This document shows, piece after piece, positions 40,090 through 54,300 of a DNA stretch of 64,000 nt. Position 1 is the stretch's first letter, and the number at the start of each line of letters is the position of its first letter. Made by a program: the position numbers and the translations under genes. Source of the DNA: Octopus vulgaris. Its lineage: Eukaryota. Where the stretch lies: assembly GCA_951406725.2 (NCBI GenBank), contig OX597828.1, forward strand, positions 51,150,001-51,214,000, given 5' to 3'. Below the pieces are notes generated by a model. That model was given only the letters and a program-made list of their open reading frames with translations, made no database searches and was not told the DNA's origin.

Positions 40090-41250
40090 TCCTAATTTTT
40101 GACTCAGAACCAGTAGTTTTGCGGAGAGGACGAGTAAATATAAGGGCTCAACTGGTTATCAACCCCAAATGAAGAAAGTCGACGTTGGCAGCATTACAAT
40201 TCAGAACGTAAAGCAGGAAGAAATATTCGTAAGATTTTCGTCCGGTGCGCTAACAATTCTGCCTGCTCGCCAAAACAACAACAAACAAACAACAACAATA
40301 ACAACAACAACAATAACAACAACAACAATATTATCAAATTTTGGCACAAACCCAGCAGGATTTGGGAAGGGGCTAAGTAGAATAAATCGACCCTAGTGTT
40401 TGACTGGTACTATTTCATCGGGCCCAAAAGGTTAAAAGTCAAAATCGACGTCGGCGGAATTTGAACTCAGAATATAAAAACGGACGAATTGTCGCTAAGC
40501 GTTTTAACCGCCTTGCTAACGACTTTCCCAGCCCTACGTCTTTATAATGATTTCAAATTTGGGCACAAAACCAGCTATTTCGGGAGAGGGAATATGGCGA
40601 TTACATTGACTCCAGTACCCAACTGGTCCTTATTTGATCGAGCCCGAGAGAACGAAAAGCAAAGTTGACCTCGGCGGAATTTGAATTCAGTAGGTAGAGA
40701 ACGAAATGATGCTAAGCATTTTGTCCGATGTTCTTACCAATTCTGCCAACTCGCCGCTGTAAAAACAACAACAACAACAACAGCAGCAGCAGCAACAACA
40801 ACAACAACAACAGCAACAATAACAACAACAACAGCAACAACAACAACAACAATCCTTAGTAGTATAGTCTCAAGGCCTGAAATTTGGGAGAGGATATAGT
40901 CGATTTTATCGACGATATTACACAACTGGTACTTATTTCATCGACCCTGAAATGACGAAAGGCAGAACCAACCCCGGCGGAATTTGATCTCAGAACGTAA
41001 AGACGGACGAAATGCCGCTAAGCATTCTCTTCTGACGCGGTAAAGATGATGACGACATCGATGGTGAAGACGATGACGATGAAGGATGGTGATGATGATG
41101 ATGATGGTGATAATTGATAATAATTCTTCGCACTAAAGGTACAATGCTGGAAATTTTGGAGAAAGGGGTTAAGTCGATTACATCGACTCCAATGATCGAC
41201 GGGTAAATATTTATTATCGACACAGGAAGGATGAATGCCAGTTTGACTAA
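40090..41250 (-). mobile_element. Head-to-tail run of 5-6 diverged family B-related SINEs separated by (ACA)n/(GAT)n
   Basis: Repeated actggtactta..atcgaccc..gtcgacctcggcggaatttgaactcagaa blocks. Confidence 0.7.
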
Positions 41251-41279
41251 TAAAATAATAGTCGACTAGTATAATAATA

Positions 41280-41326
<47 letters not shown>

Positions 41327-41361
41327 GGTGGTGGTGGTGATGATGATGATGATAATGATGA

Positions 41362-41395
<34 letters not shown>

Positions 41396-41442
41396 GGTGG
41401 TGGTGGTGGTGGTGGTGGTGATGATGATGATGATAATGATGA

Positions 41443-41476
<34 letters not shown>

Positions 41477-41487
41477 GGTGGTGGTGG

Positions 41488-41533
<46 letters not shown>

Positions 41534-41639
41534 GGTGGTGGTGGTGGTGGTGGTGGTGGTGATGATGATGATGGTGATGATGATGATGGTGGTGGTGGTG
41601 GTGATGATGATGATGATGTTGATGATGATGATGATGATG

Positions 41640-42162
41640 GAAAGATAGATGCAAATAGGCCAGATATCATATTGAAACACTTCAGACAAAATACCTGCCT
41701 CCTCATTGATATGACTGTCCCAATCGATATAAACGTATCAGTCAAGACCTACCAAGAACTGAGTAAATGTAAAGATCTTGAAATAGAAATTGGCAAAATG
41801 TGGAACCTGAAGACTGAAACAATACCTGTTGTCATAGGTGCCCTGGGAATGACAGCAAAAGGGGCTGATTGCTAGCTAACTCAGATATCAGGAAACCCAA
41901 AAATGGCAGAAATTCAAAAGATAGTGCTCATGGGAACTACTCATATCCTACTCAAAATACCTTCTAAGTAATCTCAAGTTTTAAAACAAACATAAGTTTC
42001 GTATGGTTTTTTAAACATTCACTAGTACAACACTCAGTACTAAACCAAATACATGGCACCCTAGGCATAACACCAACATGAACTTCCAGCTTGTTGTCTC
42101 TTGAGGTCTCTGGGTAAGACTTGGAGCCAACTTGTACAAATGTAAAGCAAAAGTCAAACATA
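41640..42162 (+). mobile_element. R4/Dong-like 3' fragment (same subfamily as 14185-15600)
   Basis: RLE C-terminus CLLIDMTVPIDINVSVK plus the same 3' UTR. Confidence 0.85.
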
Positions 42163-42163
42163 T

Positions 42164-42194
<31 letters not shown>

Positions 42195-42229
42195 GCAGCA
42201 GCAGCAACAACAACAACAACAACAACAAC

Positions 42230-42272
<43 letters not shown>

Positions 42273-42274
<2 letters not shown>

Positions 42275-42642
42275 TGATGTATCAATACCGGCTGATGACA
42301 ACGTGTCTCTAAAAGAAATGGAGAAACTCTCAAAATACAAAGACCTGGAAATAGAGGTAACTAGAATGTGGAATCTGAAAACAAAAACAATTCCTATCAT
42401 AGTAGGTGCATTAGGCATGATAAAAAAATATTCAGACAAATACATAACAAAAACACCAGGACTTACAAACACATATAACATACAGAAAATTGCACTACTA
42501 GGCACTGCATACATCCTACGCAGAACACTTTCCATACAATAACCATCAGAGCATCACAACAAATCACAGCACATACCGAAGGCACACAGAGCTGCGCTCG
42601 GTAGTGAAGTGAAAGCACGCTATAAAAATAAAACTACTGAAT
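42273..42642 (+). mobile_element. R4/Dong-like 3' fragment, another subfamily
   Basis: IDVSIPADDNVSLKEMEKLSKYKDLEIEV...IQKIALLGTAYILRRTLS; (TAA)n on both flanks. Confidence 0.85.
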
Positions 42643-42667
42643 AATAATAATAATAATAATAATATTT

Positions 42668-43221
42668 TGCCCTGATGCAGTAGCAGACAGCGGCTCTCGT
42701 GGCTTCTCATCTTAACTTATTGGAAGTGTTATCATGTACATAGTTTTGTCCTGGTATAAAAGATGGGCTACAGCAAATATTCTGCTCAATACCATAGATT
42801 TGCTTGTCAGTTGTTTGACCTTAGCTAGTTGAGCATGTCCCCTAGCGGCGGCTGATGATATGTGCATCTCTGATCACGAGCAGAAGTAGTGGGGGAGCAT
42901 CATAGTTGTGTGTTGAAAAGAATTCTTGGAGGTTTGGACGATTCACGTTTGGGAACATGTGTGGTTAGTTCAACATCCTGAAACAATCATTATTCAGGAA
43001 CCTTTTGAGTGGGATGGGCTACTCGACCCGAAGACAATTCTAACTGGGCTCCACATGCAAATCATGCGCTGTTTATCTTGGTATGAGATCACCATGACAC
43101 GCACGCGGTTGTGATGCATGTGCCTGGTGTACTCTTATCAGACGGGTAGTCATGATGGATATATTGGGCTTTGTATATTTTATCCCAGTGTCACTTTGAT
43201 GGCATGCACTGCTCTCTCACT

Positions 43222-43223
<2 letters not shown>
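42668..43223 (+). mobile_element. ~550-bp non-coding (TAA)n-targeted element, more diverged
   Basis: Aligns with 24779-25335. Confidence 0.85.
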
Positions 43224-43299
<76 letters not shown>

Positions 43300-43304
<5 letters not shown>

Positions 43305-44087
43305 CAAAATCAATCCATTGATCATGTTGTCTCCAAGTGCAGTCTAACAAAATGAAACCATTGATCATGTTGTCTCCAAGTGCAGTCTTCTAGCGCCTAC
43401 AGAGTATCTCAACAGGCATGATAGAGCTGCACAATATATTCACTGGGTAATCTGCAAAAACCTGGATTTGCCCCATGAAAAAAACTGGTGGGAACACAAA
43501 CCACCCCAGTGCTTGAAAATGACCACATCTCACTCCTCTGGAACTTCCCCATTCAAAGTGACAGAAAGATAGATGCAAATAGGCCAGACATCATATTTAA
43601 AGACTTCAGAAAAAGAACATACCTCCTCATTGATATGACTGTCCCAATCGATATAAACGTATCTGTCAAGACCTACCAAAAACTGAGCAAATATAAAGAT
43701 CTTGAAATAGAAATCAGCAAAATGTGGAACCTGAAGACTAAAACAATACCTGTTGTCATAGGTGCCCTGGGAATGATGGCAAAAGGGGCTGATTGCTACC
43801 TAACTCAGATACCAGGAAACTCAAAAATGGCAGAAATTAAAAAAATAGTGCTCATGGGAACTGCTCATATCCTTCGCAAAATACTTTCTATGTAACCTCA
43901 CGTTTTAAAACAAACATAATTTATTTGTTTTAGACATCCACTAGTACAACACCAAAAAGAAAAACAACCAAGTATATGGCACACTAGGCATAACAACAAC
44001 GTGAACTTCCAATCTGGTGTCTCTTGAGGTCTCCGGGTGAGACTTGGAGCCAACTTATACAAATATAAAGCAAAAGTCAAACATAGA
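43300..44087 (+). mobile_element. R4/Dong-like 3' fragment (CCHC part plus RLE)
   Basis: ORF 43488-43895 (ANRPDIIFKD...KLSKYKDL); ~45-bp tandem duplication at the 5' junction; (TAA)n flanks. Confidence 0.88.
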
Positions 44088-44119
44088 ATAATAATAATAA
44101 TGATAATTTTTTTATTTGA

Positions 44120-44453
44120 CCCCCTTCGGTCGGACACTGACCATGGGTTTGCACCTAGAGAGTTACCCTCTGAGGCACAAGTCTGGGCAAGGTTGTTTTA
44201 TGGAAGACCAGCAGTCGCCCATGCATACCGGCCTCCCCTCTCCACGTCACCGTTGTTGTCCAAGGGAAAGGCAAGGGCCGATACAGCTTGGCACCTGTGA
44301 CGTCGCAGCTCATTTCTACAGCTGAGTGAACTGGAGCAACGTGAAATAAAGTGTCTTGCTCAAGAACACAACACGCAGCCCGGTCCGGGATTCGAGCTCA
44401 CAACCTCACGATCGTAAGCTTGATGCTCTAACCACTGAGCCACGCGCCTTCAC
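44120..44453 (-). mobile_element. SINE with family D head and a different tail
   Basis: Head and core as at 5560-5690; tail related to 4815-5010 and 18410-18570. Confidence 0.7.
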
Positions 44454-44459
44454 TTAATG

Positions 44460-44527
<68 letters not shown>

Positions 44528-45009
44528 TAATAATAATAATCGCTTCTATTATCGACACAATGACTAAAATTTTTGGATGATTCTTGACAATACTTGAGAT
44601 CAAATAATCGTTATTACTTTTTTTTTGTCTTTTTGTTTCGATATGAAACTTTTGCAAGTAAATCTAATGGAATAATGGAAATTTTCGTTTTCGATGTGAA
44701 TCGAAAATATATTTTAAGAAAACTGAAAGACTGACTGAATTCCACGAGGACTTCAAGATGGTTTGATAAGCCTTATTATAAATGAAAAACTTATAGATGT
44801 ATTAAAATTAAGTTTCTTTGTTTTTAGCTATTTTTATTCACCTCAGATGGCACAGTTGATAAAAAAAAGGATTATTAAATCTCGTAGACTATATTTGAGA
44901 TATTGTAATTTACGGTATTTTTAAATTTGTGAATTATTCATGAGAGTTTTCAAATTTGTCCATCAATTTATAAATACATCACAATCGTCCGCCTTCACAG
45001 ATTACTGCA

Positions 45010-45540
45010 CATGGCTTAATATTTAAGTTATTGGGCTGACGACCTTCAGATCGTGAGTTCGATTCCTGGCGGCGCGTTGTGTCCTTGAGAATAACGCTTT
45101 ATTTTACGTAGCTCCAGTCCAAAAAATAGCAGTAACTGCATTTCAAAGGGCAAGCCTCCTCACATTCTGTGTCATCCTGAATCTCTTTGAGAACTATCGT
45201 ATGGGTACGCGTACGTATAGGCGGCGAGCTGGCAGAAACGTCAGCACGCCGGGCGAAATATTTAACGGTATTACGTCTGCCGTTACGTTGTGAGTTCAAA
45301 TTCCGCCGAGGTCGACTTTGCCTTTCATCCTTTCGGGGTTGATTAAATAAGCACCAGTTACGCACCGGGGTCGATATAATCGACTTAATCCGTGTGTTTG
45401 TCCCTATTTGTTCTCTCTGTGTTTAGCCCCTTGTGGGTAGTAATGAAATAAGTACGCGTACTTGTGGAATGTTCAGTTATTTGCATGTTAATTTCACGGA
45501 TTACCTGGAACCAGTGTCGTCGTTACGGACGGAGTGTCAG
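45010..45540 (+). mobile_element. Old family D SINE interrupted by a family B SINE (45220-45452)
   Basis: gtacgcgtac duplicated around the inner SINE; the outer tail continues at 45455-45540. Confidence 0.7.
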
Positions 45541-45939
45541 TGGTAGCGTTATTTAGCGAAGATAACAGATAAAAAAAATGGAGGCATACTAATTTTGAGG
45601 ATTATATTTATGATAAGGTCTCGTTAAGGTAATTTTAAACATGTGAATTATTCATGACGTTTTGGAATTTCTCCAGTGGATGCATCAAATTCATAATGAA
45701 GATTAATGGAAATTCAGGTAAACACACACACACCCTTATTCTCACACACGCACACACACACATATTTACAGACAATAAAAAGTACATAACTTCTATAAGA
45801 AGAACGTATTTTTGTTTACAGCAATAATTTCTGTAGAATCAAAAATATAAGTTGAGCACGGAACACTGAATATTGGACATTATTTTGGCAAAATGTTTTC
45901 TTCATAAGACCTTTTTTTCCTAACAGTTTTCACTGAAGT

Positions 45940-46450
45940 GCGCTTCATTGCCCATGGTGTCCGGTCGTCCGTTTTGGCGCTGTAGCATTAAGAACTTCTT
46001 GTCCTCTTCAATCTTCATCTGTCACAAAGCATCTGAATGAGCTATGTCAAAGAGATCGTCCATCATTTCCACAAAAAGTTCTCTTTTTTCTTTTTCTTGC
46101 CTGCAGTTCTAGTGAATTTTATTCTGTAAACCTTTCCATTCGTCATTGACTTTGAGTACCTTATCAACGCAGCAGTCAGTTCTTTGATAAGAATTCATGA
46201 CTTTTGCAAAAAAAACCCCAAAAAAACTGGAAACCTCTTGAATCACTAATGCTGCACTTTCCTTCGGTATAAGATTTACAGCTCTTTTATTGTAGAAAAA
46301 AAAAATCTCTTAAAATTTGCCGATTCGAAGGTAGTTTGGCTCCTACGATTTGATTGGAAATGGAACCAGCAGGAGTCACTTGAAAATCTTGTCTTAACTT
46401 GCGTGATGAAGTACTTGAAGAAGGTGATGCCATTTCACAGGTGTAGGAAG
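45940..46450 (-). pseudogene. N-terminal relic of a DNA transposase, possibly hAT superfamily (hATm-like)
   Basis: Minus strand GSISNQIVGAKLPSNRQIL and MMDDLFDIAHSDAL*QMKIEEDKKFLMLQRQNGRP with an in-frame stop; family recalled, not searched. Confidence 0.5.
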
Positions 46451-46744
46451 AACACCTCACAGAATCCACTTCGCACCTGTACAAACAGTTCTGAAAGAAA
46501 ATCATGAAAGAATTTGTCATGAAAGGCATCATATTTGGTCACAAAATATGTATACAAGGCGCATAACATTATAAAAACAGAGAGGTTATAAACATGGTAT
46601 TACACCTTTGTCAGGGTTACCAACACAACAGGAGAAGATGTATATCATAAAGCCCCGCAACAAAATGAACGAGTGCTTACAAGTTATTTCAAATATATTA
46701 ACTCATATTTACAAACGCGAACAAATCATATTAGTTCACTGGGA

Positions 46745-47190
46745 TCTGGCAGAATCGTTTGCATGGAGAGAAAAATGCAAAGCGGTATTTCGTTCGACGA
46801 GCTGGCAGAAACGTTAGCACGCCGGGCGAAATGCGTAGCCGTATTTCGTCTGCTGCTACGTTCTGAGTTCCAATTCCGCCGAGGTCGACTTTGTCTTTCA
46901 TCCTTTCGGGGTCGATTAAATAAGTACCAGTTACGCACTGGGGTCGATATAATCGACTTAATCCGTTTGTCTGTCCTTGTTTGTTCCTTCTATGTTTAGC
47001 CCCTTGTGGGTAGTAAAGAAATAGGTATTTCGTTCGTCTTTACGTTCTGAATTACAATTCCGCCGAGGTCGACTTTGCCTTTCATCGTTTCGAGGTCGAT
47101 AAAATAAGTACCAGTTATGCACTGGGGTCGATGTAATCTCCTGTTCCCCTCGCCACAAAGTTCAGCTCTTGTGCCTATTGTAGAAAGGAT
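46745..47190 (+). mobile_element. SINE family B tandem cluster
   Basis: Homologous to 38903-39312. Confidence 0.8.
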
Positions 47191-47438
47191 TACAGTAACC
47201 CCTTGCCATATCACCATTCGCCTATCACGGTTTACCATTTAAGCATACGTCGATTCCTCCGTGGTGGTATTTTGCCTTTATAATAAAATAAATATATACA
47301 AATGATAAAACAAAAGCATACAGTACAGTACTGTTTCTATTTCGCAGACTTTCACCTATCGCGGGGCGGGGTTTGGAACCTAACAGCCGCGATAGTCGAG
47401 GGATTACAGTAAAACAACAACAGCAAAAATGACTAATA

Positions 47439-47860
47439 GGCGCAGGAGTGGCTGTGTGGTAAGTAGCTTGTCTATCAACCACATGGTTCCGGGTTCAGTC
47501 CCACTGCGTGGCACCTTGGGCAAGTGTCTTCTACTATAGCCCCGGGCAAACCAAAGCCTTGTGAGTGGATTTGGTAGACGGAAACTGAAAGAAGCCCGTC
47601 GTATATATGTATATATATATATATGCGTGTGTGTGTTTGTGTGTCTGTGTTTGTCCACCTAGCATTGCTTGACAACCGATGCTGGTGTGTTTATGTCCCC
47701 GTCACTTAGCGGTTCGGCAAAAGAGACCGATAAAATAAGTACTGGGCTTACAAAAAAAAAAAAAGAATAAGTCCTGGGGTCGATTTGCTCGATTAAAGGC
47801 GGTGCTCCAGCATGGCCGCAGTCAAAATGACTGAAACAAGTAAAAGAGTAAAAGAGTAAA
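47439..47860 (+). mobile_element. SINE family A, full length, flanked by ~135-bp direct repeats
   Basis: ggcgcaggagtggctgtgtggt head to (gagtaaaa)n tail; 47300-47436 matches 47858-47993. Confidence 0.9.
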
Positions 47861-48369
47861 TGATAAAAAAAAGCATACAGTACAGTACTGTTTCTACTTC
47901 GCAGGCTTTCACCTATCGCGGGGCGGGGTTTGGAACCTAACACCCGCGATAGTCGAGGGATTACAGTAAAACAAACAACAGTAAAAATGACTAGGTTAGG
48001 AATAGCAATTATTTCTGGAAAATTAATTTATCTGCTACTAGAGCATGTTGAATATTTGTATATAGGGGGGGGTCCTTTGGCTGCATCTTAGCTCATTTAT
48101 ATTCATATTTATATTCATAGTTTCATGGTTCTTGGTTTAAAATCTCACGTATTACAAACAGCAAAAGATGAACAAAACTTAGCATTAATATAATCTATGA
48201 GAGGAGCTGTACTTCAACGCTAAAGAGAAATGGTAGTGATGGCAATGGTCTTGATAGTTTTGCTGGTGGTGGTAGTAGTGGCGGTTTAAGTGATGGTAGT
48301 AGAAGTGGTGATATTGGTGGTGGGTATTAGTAGGTGTGGCGTTGGTAGCGATTGTAATAGTGATGGTAT

Positions 48370-51300
48370 TGGTAGTGGTTTTGGTGCCGATAGCTTTTGT
48401 GTTGGTTGTAGTTTCAGTGGTAGTCCTGATTGTTAGTGATGTTGATGCTGGTAGTGGTGGTGGTGTTGGTAGTGGTGGTGGTGCTGATAGATTTTATGTT
48501 GGTTGTAGTTTCAGTGGTAGTACTGATTGTTAGCGATGTTGATGCTGGTAGTGGTGGTTGTGTTTGGTAGTGGTGGTGGTGCTGATAGATGTTATGTTGG
48601 TTGTAGTTTCAGTGGTAGTCCTGATTGTTAGCGATGTTGATGCTGGTAGTGGTGGTGGTGTTGGTAGTGGTGGTGGTGCTGATAGATTTTATGTTGGTTG
48701 TAGTTTCAGTGGTAATCCTGATTGTTAGTGATGTTGATGCTGGTAGTGGTGGTGGCGTTGGAAGTGGTGGTGGTGCTGATAGATTTTATGTTGGTTGTAG
48801 TTTCAGTGGTAGTACTGATTGTTAGCGATGTTGATGTTGGTAGTGGTGGTGGTGTTGGTAGTGGTGGTGGTGCTGATAGATTTTATGTCGGTTGTAGTAT
48901 CAGTGGTAGTCCTGATTGTTAGTGATGTTGATGCTGGTAGTCGTGGTGGTGTTGGTAGTGGTGGTGGTGCTGATAGATTTTATGTTGGTTGTAGTATCAG
49001 TGGTAGTCCTGATTGTTAGTGATGTTGATGCTGGTAGTGGTGGTGGTGTTGGTAGTGGTGGTGGTGCTGATAGATTTTATGTTGGTTGTAGTATCAGTGG
49101 TAGTCCTGATTGTTAGTGATGTTGATGCTGGTAGTCGTGGTGGTGTTGGTAGTGGTTTTGGTGCCGATAGCTTTTGTGTTGGTTGTAGTTTCAGTGGTAG
49201 TCCTGATTGTTAGTGATGTTGATGTTGGTAGTGGTGGTGGTGTTGGTAGTGGTTTTGGTGCTGATAGATTTTATGTTGGTTGTAGTATCAGTGGTAGTAC
49301 TGATTGTTAGTGATGTTGATGCTGGTAGTCGTGGTGGTGTTGGTAGTGGTGGTGGTGCTGATAGATTTTATGTTGGTTGTAGTATCAGTGGTAGTACTGA
49401 TTGTTAGTGATGTTGATGCTGGTAGTCGTGGTGGTGTTGGTAGTGGTGGTGGTGCTGATAGATTTTATGTTGGTTGTAGTATCAGTGGTAGTACTGATTG
49501 TTAGTGATGTTGATGCTGGTAGTGGTGGTGGTGTTGGTAGTGGTGGTGGTGCTGATAGATTTTATGTTGGTTGTAGTATCAGTGGTAGTACTGATTGTTA
49601 GTGATGTTGATGCTGGTAGTGGTGGTGGTGTTGGTAGTGGTGGTGGTGCTGATAGATTTTATGTTGGTTGTAGTATCAGTGGTAGTACTGATTGTTAGTG
49701 ATGTTGATGCTGGTAGTCGTGGTGGTGTTGGTAGTTGTTTTGGTGCCGATAGCTTTTGTGTTGGTTGTAGTTTCAGTGGTAGTCCTGATTGTTAGTGATG
49801 TTGATGTTGGTAGTGGTGGTGGTGTTGGTAGTGGTTTTGGTGCTGATAGATTTTATGTTGGTTGTAGTATCAGTGGTAGTACTGATTGTTAGTGATGTTG
49901 ATGCTGGTAGTGGTGGTGGTATTGGAAGTGGTGGTGGTGCTGATAGATTTTATGTTGGTTGTAGTATCAGTGGTAGTACTGATTGTTAGTGATGTTGATG
50001 CTGGTAGTCGTGGTGGTGTTGGATGTTATGTTGGTTGTAGTATCAGTGGTAGTCCTGATTGTTAGTGATGTTGATGCTGGTAGTGGTGGTGGTGTTGGTA
50101 GTGGTGGTGGTGCTGATAGATGTTATGTTGGTTGTAGTATCAGTGGTAGTACTGATTGTTAGTGATGTTGATGCTGGTAGTGGTGGTGGTGTTGGTAGTG
50201 GTGGTGGTGCTGATAGATTTTATGTTGGTTGTAGTTTCAGTGGTAGTCCTGATTGTTAGTGATGTTGATGCTGGTAGTGGTGGTGGTGTTGGTAGTGGTG
50301 GTGGTGCTGATAGATTTTATGTTGGTTGTAGTATCAGTGGTAGTACTGATTGTTAGTGATGTTGATGCTGGTAGTCGTGGTGGTGTTGGTAGTGGTGGTG
50401 GTGCTGATAGATTTTATGTTGGTTGTAGTATCAGTGGTAGTCCTGATTGTTAGTGATGTTGATGCTGGTAGTGGTGGTGTTGGTAGTGGTGGTGGTGCTG
50501 ATAGATGTTATGTTGGTTGTAGTTTCAGTGGTAGTCCTGATTGTTAGTGATGTTGATGTTGGTAGTGGTTGGGTTGTGTTGGTAGTGGTGGTGGTGCTGA
50601 TAGATTTTATGTTGGTTGTAGTTTCAGTGGTAGTACTGATTGTTAGTGATGTTGATGCTGGTAGTCGTGGTGGTGTTGGTAGTGGTGGTGGTGCTGATAG
50701 ATTTTATGTTGGTTGTAGTATCAGTGGTAGTACTGATTGTTAGTGATGTTGATGCTGGTAGTGGTGGTTGTGTTGGTAGTGTTGGTAGTGGTGGTGGTGC
50801 TGATAGATTTTATGTTGGTTGTAGTTTCAGTGGTAGTCCTGATTGTTAGTGATGTTGATGCTGGTAGTGGTGGTTGTGTTGGTAGTGGTGGTGGTGCTGA
50901 TAGATGTTATGTTGGTTGTAGTTTCAGTGGTAGTCCTGATTGTTAGTGATGTTGATGCTGGTAGTGGTGGTTGTGTTGGTAGTGGTGGTGGTGCTGATAG
51001 ATTTTATGTTGGTTGTAGTTTCAGTGGTAGTCCTGATTGTTAGTGATGTTGATGCTGGTAGTGGTGGTGGTGTTGGTAGTGGTGGTGGTGCTGATAGATT
51101 TTGTGTTGGTTGTAGTTTCAGTGGTAGTCCTGATTGTTAGTGATGTTGATGCTGGTAGTGGTGGTGGTGTTGGTAGTGGTGGTGGTGCTGATAGATTTTA
51201 TGTTGGTTGTAGTTTCAGTGGTAGTACTGATTGTTAGTGATGTTGATGCTGGTAGTGGTGGTGGTGTTGGTAGTGGTGGTGGTGCTGATAGATTTATGTT

Positions 51301-54300
51301 GGTTGTAGTATCAGTGGTAGTACTGATTGTTAGTGATGTTGATGCTGGTAGTGGTGGTGGTGTTGGTAGTGGTGGTGGTGCTGATAGATTTTATGTTGGT
51401 TGTAGTATCAGTGGTAGTACTGATTGTTAGTGATGTTGATGCTGGTAGTGGTGGTGGTGTTGGTAGTGGTGGTGGTGCTGATAGATTTTATGTTGGTTGT
51501 AGTATCAGTGGTAGTACTGATTGTTAGTGATGTTGATGCTGGTAGTGGTGGTGGTGTTGGTAGTGGTGGTGGTGCTGATAGTGGTGGTGGTGCTGATAGA
51601 TGTTATGTTGGTTGTAGTATCAGTGGTAGTACTGATTGTTAGTGATGTTGATGCTTGTAGTGGTGGTAGTGGTGGTGGTGTTGGTAGTGGTGGTGGTGCT
51701 GATAGATTTTATGTTGGTTGTAGTATCAGTGGTAGTACTGATTGTTAGTGATGTTGATGCTGGTAGTGGTGGTGGTGTTGGTAGTGGTGGTGGTGCTGAT
51801 AGATGTTATGTTGGTTGTAGTATCAGTGGTAGTACTGATTGTTAGTGATGTTGATGTTGGTAGTGGTGGTGGTGTTGGTAGTGGTGGTGGTGCTGATAGA
51901 TTTTATGTCGGTTGTAGTTTCAGTGGTAGTCCTGATTGTTAGTGATGTTGATGCTGGTAGTAGTAGTGGTCGTGTGTTGGTAGTGGTGGTGGTGCTGATA
52001 GATTTTATGTTGGTTGTAGTATCAGTGGTAGTACTGATTGTTAGTGATGTTGATGCTGGTAGTGGTGGTGGTGTTGGTAGTGGTGGTGGTGCTGATAGAT
52101 TTTATGTTGGTTGTAGTATCAGTGGTAGTACTGATTGTTAGTGATGTTGATGCTGGTAGTGGTGGTGGTGTTGGTAGTGGTGGTGGTGCTGATAGATTTT
52201 ATGTTGGTTGTAGTATCAGTGGTAGTACTGATTGTTAGTGATGTTGATGCTGGTAGTCGTGGTGGTGTTGGTAGTGGTGGTGGTGCTGATAGATGTTATG
52301 TTGGTTGTAGTATCAGTGGTAGTACTGATTGTTAGTGATGTTGATGCTGGTAGTGGTGGTTGTGTTGGTAGTGGTGGTGGTGCTGATAGATGTTATGTTG
52401 GTTGTAGTTTCAGTGGTAGTCCTGATTGTTAGTGATGTTGATGCTGGTAGTGGTGGTGGTGTTGGTAGTGGTGGTGGTGCTGATAGATTTTATGTTGGTT
52501 GTAGTATCAGTGGTAGTACTGATTGTTAGTGATGTTGATGCTGGTAGTGGTGGTGGTGTTGGTAGTGGTGGTGGTGCTGATAGATTTATGTTGGTTGTAG
52601 TATCAGTGGTAGTACTGATTGTTAGTGATGTTGATGCTGGTAGTCGTGGTGGTGTTGGTAGTGGTGGTGGTGCTGATAGATGTTATGTTGGTTGTAGTTT
52701 CAGTGGTAGTACTGATTGTTAGTGATGTTGATGTTGGTAGTGGTGGTGGTGTTGGTAGTGGTGGTGGTGCTGATAGATTTTATGTCGGTTGTAGTTTCAG
52801 TGGTAGTCCTGATTGTTAGTGATGTTGATGCTGGTAGTGGTGGTGGTGTTGGTAGTGGTGGTGGTGCTGATAGATTTTATGGTTGGTAGTTTACTGGTAT
52901 TACTGATTGTTAGTGATGTTGATGTTGGTAGTGGTGGTGGTGTTGGTAGTGGTGGTGGTGCTGATAGATTTTATGTCGGTTGTATGTTCAGTGGTAGTAC
53001 TGATTGTTAGCGATGTTGATGTTGGTAGTCGTGGTGGTGTTGGTAGTGGTGGTGGTGCTGATAGATTTTATGTTGGTTGTAGTTTCAGTGGTAGTCCTGA
53101 TTGTTAGTGATGTTGATGTTGGTAGTGGTGGTGGTGTTGGTAGTGGTGGTGGTGCTGATAGATTTTATGTTGGTTGTAGTATCAGTGGTAGTACTGATTG
53201 TTAGTGATGTTGATGCTGGTAGTGGTGGTGGTGTTGGTAGTGGTGGTGGTGCTGATAGATTTTATGTCGGTTGTAGTTTCAGTGGTAGTCCTGATTGTTA
53301 GCGATGTTGATGTTGGTAGTGGTGGTGGTGTTGGTAGTGGTGGTGGTGCTGATAGATTTTATGTTGGTTGTAGTTTCAGTGGTAGTACTGATTGTTAGCG
53401 TGATGTTGATGTTGGTAGTGGTGGTGGTGTTGGTAGTGGTGGTGGTGCTGATAGATTTTATGTTGGTTGTAGTATCAGTGGTAGTACTGATTGTTAGTGA
53501 TGTTGATGTTGGTAGTGGTGGTGGTGTTGGAAGTGGTGGTGGTGCTGATAGATTTTATGTTGGTTGTAGTTTCAGTGGTAGTACTGATTGTTAGTGATGT
53601 TGATGCTGGTAGTGGTGGTGGTGTTGGTAGTGGTGGTGGTGCTGATAGATGTTATGTTGGTTGTAGTTTCAGTGGTAGTACTGATTGTTAGCGATGTTGA
53701 TGTTGGTAGTGGTGGTGGTGTTGGTAGTGGTGGTGGTGCTGATAGATTTTATGTTGGTTGTAGTTTCAGTGGTAGTACTGATTGTTAGCGATGTTGATGT
53801 TAGTAGTGGTGGTGGTGTTGGTAGTGGTGGTGGTGCTGATAGATTTTATGTCGGTTGTAGTTTCAGTGGTAGTCCTGATTGTTAGCGATGTTGATGTTGG
53901 TAGTGGTGGTGGTGTTGGAAGTGGTGGTGGTGCTGATAGATTTTATGTTGGTTGTAGTATCAGTGGTAGTACTGATTGTTAGTGATGTTGATGTTGGTTG
54001 GTAGTGGTGGTGGTGTTGGTAGTGGTGGTGGTGCTGATAGATTTTATGTTGGTTGTAGTTTCAGTGGTAGTCCTGATTGTTAGCGATGTTGATGTTGGTA
54101 GTGGTGGTGGTGTTGGTAGTGGTGGTGGTGCTGATAGATTTTATGTTGGTTGTAGTATCAGTGGTAGTACTGATTGTTAGCGATGTTGATGTTGGTAGTG
54201 GTGGTGGCGTTGGAAGTGGTGGTGGTGCTGATAGATTTTATGTCGGTTGTAGTTTCAGTGGTAGTACTGATTGTTAGCGATGTTGATGTTGGTAGTGGTG

